A DNA stretch of 17,896 nt. Origin: Nannocystales bacterium (GTDB lineage Bacteria > Myxococcota_A > Polyangia > Nannocystales > Nannocystaceae). A program made the position numbers and the translations under genes. Positions 14,685 to 17,896 of this stretch are shown piece after piece; positions within the stretch are counted from its first letter, which is position 1, and each line of letters begins with the position of its first letter. Where the stretch lies: contig JBOEGF010000060.1 of the NCBI GenBank assembly GCA_050633305.1, positions 768-18,663 of the forward strand, in the 5' to 3' direction. Under the pieces are notes generated by a model. The model was not told the DNA's origin, searched no databases, and saw nothing but the letters and a program-made list of their open reading frames with translations.

Positions 14685-15649
14685 GTGTTCGCGACTGCAT
14701 GGCCGACGCGGCCGCGACCCATGACGCGGTGCGGATCGTGCCAAGCCGCGACCCCATGGGGGCCTACCGCATGTTGGTGCCTCGGTCGTGGGGAGCCGCA
14801 AGTCGTTTGGGTATGGTGGAGCTTGAGCGCGGGCGCCCCGAGCCTATTGGGTTCTTCGTGGAGTCCGATCGTGACGGTGCGGCCGCAATCGCGGTGACCC
14901 AAGCTCGGCTTCCCGTGCACCTGCGGCTCGAAGATTACGTTTGCGGCCAGTGTGCCCACGAGGGGTGGGCCGTGCAGTCGAGCCGATGGCTCGAGGTCGG
15001 CGACGACGTTCGCCTGACGGTGCTGGCGAGGAAAAATGGGGCGGTGCGCCGGGTCGTCGCGTTCGTCGACCATGCTCGTGTATTCCAGCATTCCTCGACT
15101 TCCTCTGGGGCCGATTGGGGGCGCCTGGATCACGCCCTGTGGTGCAGCTCCGTGAGCTTCGAGCTGTTGCTTCCCACGGGTAGACGGCTGTTCGAGCCTG
15201 CCCGAGAACATCCGATGTTGGAGAAGGTTGTTTCGCTACCCCGGACCTGGACATGTGATGTCCGGTCGGAGTCTCCGAATGTCGTCGCGTTGGACGCCAA
15301 CCTCGACGTCGATGGCTGGAGGGGATTCGTGCGAGTGGAAGCCCGACGGGAGCATGCGCCGCTGTCTGAGCATGACCTTCTCAGACTTGCTGACGGAGAG
15401 ATCACTGAGGCCGGCATCATGCCCGCGCTGCGCAAGCCTGCGGTGCAATGGCGGCCTGATGTTGAGGTGCAGGGAGTCTTCTCGTCTTCGGTCAACCTCT
15501 TCGGTGAGCTCGGCGAGGGTTGGTACGGCTTTTCTTACGCCGATGGAATCCAGTGGTCGGTTGTCGGTATTTCGCGGTCCATAGAGACCGACCGCCAAGG
15601 CTGCATGCGGATGCGTGGCGCCTTTGAACTCGCCTTGATGTCGCTGTAG
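14681..15649 (+). CDS. Hypothetical protein, candidate effector chaperone or immunity protein
   Basis: ATGA overlap with the PAAR gene. No evident signal peptide. Two halves each begin with a hydrophobic-PxxW motif (YRMLVPRSW; VVSLPRTW). Confidence 0.75.
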   Translation: MSVRDCMADAAATHDAVRIVPSRDPMGAYRMLVPRSWGAASRLGMVELERGRPEPIGFFVESDRDGAAAIAVTQARLPVHLRLEDYVCGQCAHEGWAVQSSRWLEVGDDVRLTVLARKNGAVRRVVAFVDHARVFQHSSTSSGADWGRLDHALWCSSVSFELLLPTGRRLFEPAREHPMLEKVVSLPRTWTCDVRSESPNVVALDANLDVDGWRGFVRVEARREHAPLSEHDLLRLADGEITEAGIMPALRKPAVQWRPDVEVQGVFSSSVNLFGELGEGWYGFSYADGIQWSVVGISRSIETDRQGCMRMRGAFELALMSL

Positions 15650-15664
15650 GCAGAGCGAACGAGT

Positions 15665-15684
15665 GAGTCCGATCCCTCGGACTC
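15665..15684. other. Perfect 8-bp inverted repeat after the vgrG operon
   Basis: GAGTCCGA-TCCC-TCGGACTC, 15 nt after stop 15649. No U-tract. Confidence 0.4.
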
Positions 15685-15756
15685 GGCGGAGGTCGTCCCC
15701 GCCAACCCCATGCGCAGCCCGTGCTGCGACGTGAACAGGAGACGTGTGCCCAAGTC

Positions 15757-16161
15757 ATGAAGACAGAACAACCAGATCGTTTGGAACGCTACGCCCGGTG
15801 GCTGTGGAAACGGTGGCTCCGCGCCGCTCACTACGCTCAGAAGACGAGCGTCGTCGATGCGCTGCTGCGCTATCGATTCAAGGACCATCAGGAGGTCCGC
15901 AAGGCGGTGCGAGACGTCGTCGCCGGCCCCGAAGGGCTGGTCTACATGCTTCACCGAGCAAGAAAGGCCGCGCGGTACCGGCTCCGAGCCGAGGTCGAGG
16001 ACATCGCAATCCGCATCGCGTTCGCGATGCCTGCGGGGGGCGGAGGTGTCATCGCGGAGAAGGTACGGAAGGCGGGCTACGCCGTGAGCCGGTCGACGAT
16101 TCGGCGGATCATGGTGCGACGCGGCGTGTGGGGGAAGGAGGGCGAAGATCGTGCCAGCTGA
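15757..16161 (+). CDS. Basic protein with transposase-like (IS3/IS481-type) HTH, no DDE domain
   Basis: EVEDIAIRIAFAMPAGGGGVIAEKVRKAGYAVSRSTIRRIMVRRG resembles the HTH that precedes integrase cores. Alternative start GTG 15721. Confidence 0.6.
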   Translation: MKTEQPDRLERYARWLWKRWLRAAHYAQKTSVVDALLRYRFKDHQEVRKAVRDVVAGPEGLVYMLHRARKAARYRLRAEVEDIAIRIAFAMPAGGGGVIAEKVRKAGYAVSRSTIRRIMVRRGVWGKEGEDRAS

Positions 16162-16429
16162 CCGCAGCGCCGTGGCCGCATGGCAGGAACTCGAGGATGC
16201 CGTCGGTCGGCTCGACTGGGCGGCCGCATCGAAGCTCGCTCAGGAGTTTGAGGGCGAGTGGAATGCGGTTCGAGGCTTTGTCGAAATGTTCGCGGGGCCG
16301 GATGGGGAGACGTGGGGCCACCTGGTGGACAAGGCGATGAAGGCCCTGGTCGAAGCCCTGAGCGCGCGTCCTGTTGACTCCACGGTGGTCGACACGGCGA
16401 TGTCACGGTTCCGGATGTTCATGCGGTGA
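16151..16429 (+). CDS. Hypothetical helical protein (92 aa)
   Basis: SD-like GAAGGAGG upstream, amphipathic helical composition, overlaps the previous gene by 11 nt. Confidence 0.55.
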   Translation: MPADRSAVAAWQELEDAVGRLDWAAASKLAQEFEGEWNAVRGFVEMFAGPDGETWGHLVDKAMKALVEALSARPVDSTVVDTAMSRFRMFMR

Positions 16430-16446
16430 AGGAGGGCTACTCGACG

Positions 16447-16989
16447 ATGCCTGTAGAAATTGAGGACTCGGCGTGGCCCGTCGCGACGCTTCGGATTCGG
16501 GGCGCCATCTCGAGCGAAGAGGAGGACCGCTTCATCGAGGCCTCGGAGAGGTTTCCCGACCGCGGGGAGCGGTACGTCGCCGTGGTCGACCTTCTCGAAG
16601 CGAAAGCACCGTCGGGCCGCTTCATCCGAGGACAAGCGGCGGCCATGGGAAAGCGCGGAGCGGGGCAGGGGGCCTGCTGTGTGGGGATGGCGTTCGCGGT
16701 CGACTCGGCGATGCTCCGCGGGGCACTTCAGGCGGTCTTTCACTTTCAGCGGCCTTCGAGCCCGTACGTCGTGGTGAGAGATGTACAGGAGGCTCGCCGC
16801 TGGGCGGAATCGATGCTTCTGGCCGTCCTACCCAAGGACAAAAACGAGAACCGCGAAGGACCGCAGGTGTGCCCTGGATGCGGCTGGATAGGGCGCGGGT
16901 GCAGGCCGCACGCACCGCACGTGAGTGAGTCGAGGGCTTTGATGGCGGAGCACCGGTCTTCGGGACGGAAGGACGAACGACAGTGGTAG
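16447..16989 (+). CDS. STAS/SEC14 (SpoIIAA-like) domain protein
   Basis: SAWPVATLRIRG...YVAVVDL...GMAFAVDSAMLRGALQAVFHFQRPSSPYVVVRDVQEARRWA. SD AGGAGGG at 16430-16436. Alternative GTG 16426 (GTGA overlap). Confidence 0.8.
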   Translation: MPVEIEDSAWPVATLRIRGAISSEEEDRFIEASERFPDRGERYVAVVDLLEAKAPSGRFIRGQAAAMGKRGAGQGACCVGMAFAVDSAMLRGALQAVFHFQRPSSPYVVVRDVQEARRWAESMLLAVLPKDKNENREGPQVCPGCGWIGRGCRPHAPHVSESRALMAEHRSSGRKDERQW

Positions 16990-17344
16990 GGGGAACACAA
17001 CGAACGACGTTCTGGTCCGCACGAAGAGCGGCGCCGTGGCGGCGGTGTGCGCATCTCGATGCGCCCATGCGAAGAAAGATTGATCGACTTGGACGCGCCC
17101 CTCACTACTCCGGGAGCACGGAACGCGTTCCGCTCGCTCCGGCGACCAGGGGGCGGCTCGAAAGGCCTGGGGATGTCCTTGGCGGGCATCGGGGCCGTTC
17201 ATGGACGCGGTTCCTGGTGTCGACGCGCTTCGCAGCGTCCTTTCACGCGGCCTCGGTCGTTCTCGGAACGACAGCGGGCTGTCCTCTTCACTCCAACAAG
17301 ACAGGTACAAGACCATGCTCAAAATCGAACGACAGACAACCCTT

Positions 17345-17599
17345 GTGAAAAAGTCGGCGCTCATTCGCGTCGCCGCGGTCCTGCTTGTCGCAGGGCTGGC
17401 TGCCATCGCCAGCTGCAAAGACGACGCCGAGACTGTCGACGGATGTGGAAACTGCGAACGTATCCTTGTGAAGTGCGAGGGGAACCTCTCCACTGTCTGC
17501 GTGCGGGACCTCGCTGATGCCATCCCTCAGAACTGCATCCCGGAACAGAGCTTTGACTGCGCTCCCGGCGGTGGTGGGTCCGGAGGTGCCGGTGGGTAG
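17345..17599 (+). CDS. Small Cys-rich lipoprotein
   Basis: KKSALIRVAAVLLVAGLAAIASC lipobox, 6 further Cys, Gly-rich tail. Start could also be ATG 17315. Confidence 0.6.
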   Translation: MKKSALIRVAAVLLVAGLAAIASCKDDAETVDGCGNCERILVKCEGNLSTVCVRDLADAIPQNCIPEQSFDCAPGGGGSGGAGG

Positions 17600-17896
17600 G
17601 GGGAGCCTCGGTATCCTAGGTCTGGGTGTCTTGGGGAGCTGCTCTGCCGAGCCGGACCTTCCGCCGCTCGAGATTTTCTCCGAGCGCGTCGCAATCGCCG
17701 TCATCGACGAACACCCTCCGTGCGCTGGCGACCTTGCTGCCCTCGACACTCATGTCCGGGAGGTCGAGCGGCTCTCTGGGTTTTCCGGGGCTGAGACGAT
17801 CGACGTCTACCTCGGCTCCGTCGACGAGCGCTGTAGAGGCTTCCCCATGGAGTTCGTCCGAGGCTGCTATCGAGAGGGCCTTGATGCGGTTTTCTC
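17592..17896 (+). CDS. Lipoprotein, 5' part only (runs off window)
   Basis: Hand-translated MGRGSLGILGLGVLGSCSAEPDLPPLE...CAGDLAALDTHV...GCY, open to the window end. SD GGAGG at 17582-17586. LGSC lipobox. Confidence 0.65.
   Translation, partial: MGRGSLGILGLGVLGSCSAEPDLPPLEIFSERVAIAVIDEHPPCAGDLAALDTHVREVERLSGFSGAETIDVYLGSVDERCRGFPMEFVRGCYREGLDAVF

Noticed and set aside
16983..17348. 121-aa ORF bridging the STAS gene and the lipoprotein
   Set aside because: Despite a GTGA overlap at 17345, the Arg/Pro/Ser-rich composition looks like a non-coding GC-rich frame; unsupported.
1..17896. tRNA/rRNA genes, integrase, rep gene, complete IS, core T6SS or eCIS genes, and the remaining overlapping ORFs in the track
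   Set aside because: No supporting motifs seen; the other ORFs are alternative-frame or antisense shadows expected in GC-rich DNA. Mobility of the region is inferred only from the par cassette.

Overview
GC-rich (by eye), all-plus-strand accessory region. The gene families present (Hanks-type kinases, FHA-sigma54 activator, Cys-rich lipoproteins, STAS/SEC14-like protein) suggest a myxobacterium, possibly Nannocystaceae-like; this is an inference. Four modules are visible. (1) 1-1751: a type Ib-like partition cassette: a phased array of 22-bp palindromes (GAGTGMGAC-N4-GTCKCACTC), a Walker-type parA, a 199-aa partner with nine SKPAPKR-type repeats plus a ribbon-helix-helix (RHH)-like C-terminus, and one more inverted palindrome copy right after its stop. 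A separate small RHH gene follows (2067-2270), apparently leaderless. (2) 2276-10538: a candidate sigma54 promoter with tandem direct repeats, then a mostly translationally coupled run of two membrane Ser/Thr kinases, an exported protein, a Cys-rich beta-helix lipoprotein, two small envelope proteins and an FHA-AAA+-HTH sigma54 activator. (3) 10553-15649: a second candidate sigma54 promoter with related repeats, three tiny coupled ORFs, vgrG, a protein with a central PAAR domain and Gly-rich flanks, and a candidate chaperone or immunity gene. No Hcp or core T6SS genes are in the window. (4) 15757-end: a transposase-like HTH without a catalytic domain, small hypotheticals, a STAS/SEC14-like protein and two lipoproteins. 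Working model (inference): a partition-carrying mobile element or plasmid with its own kinase -> FHA-activator -> sigma54 circuit controlling an orphan VgrG-PAAR effector module.
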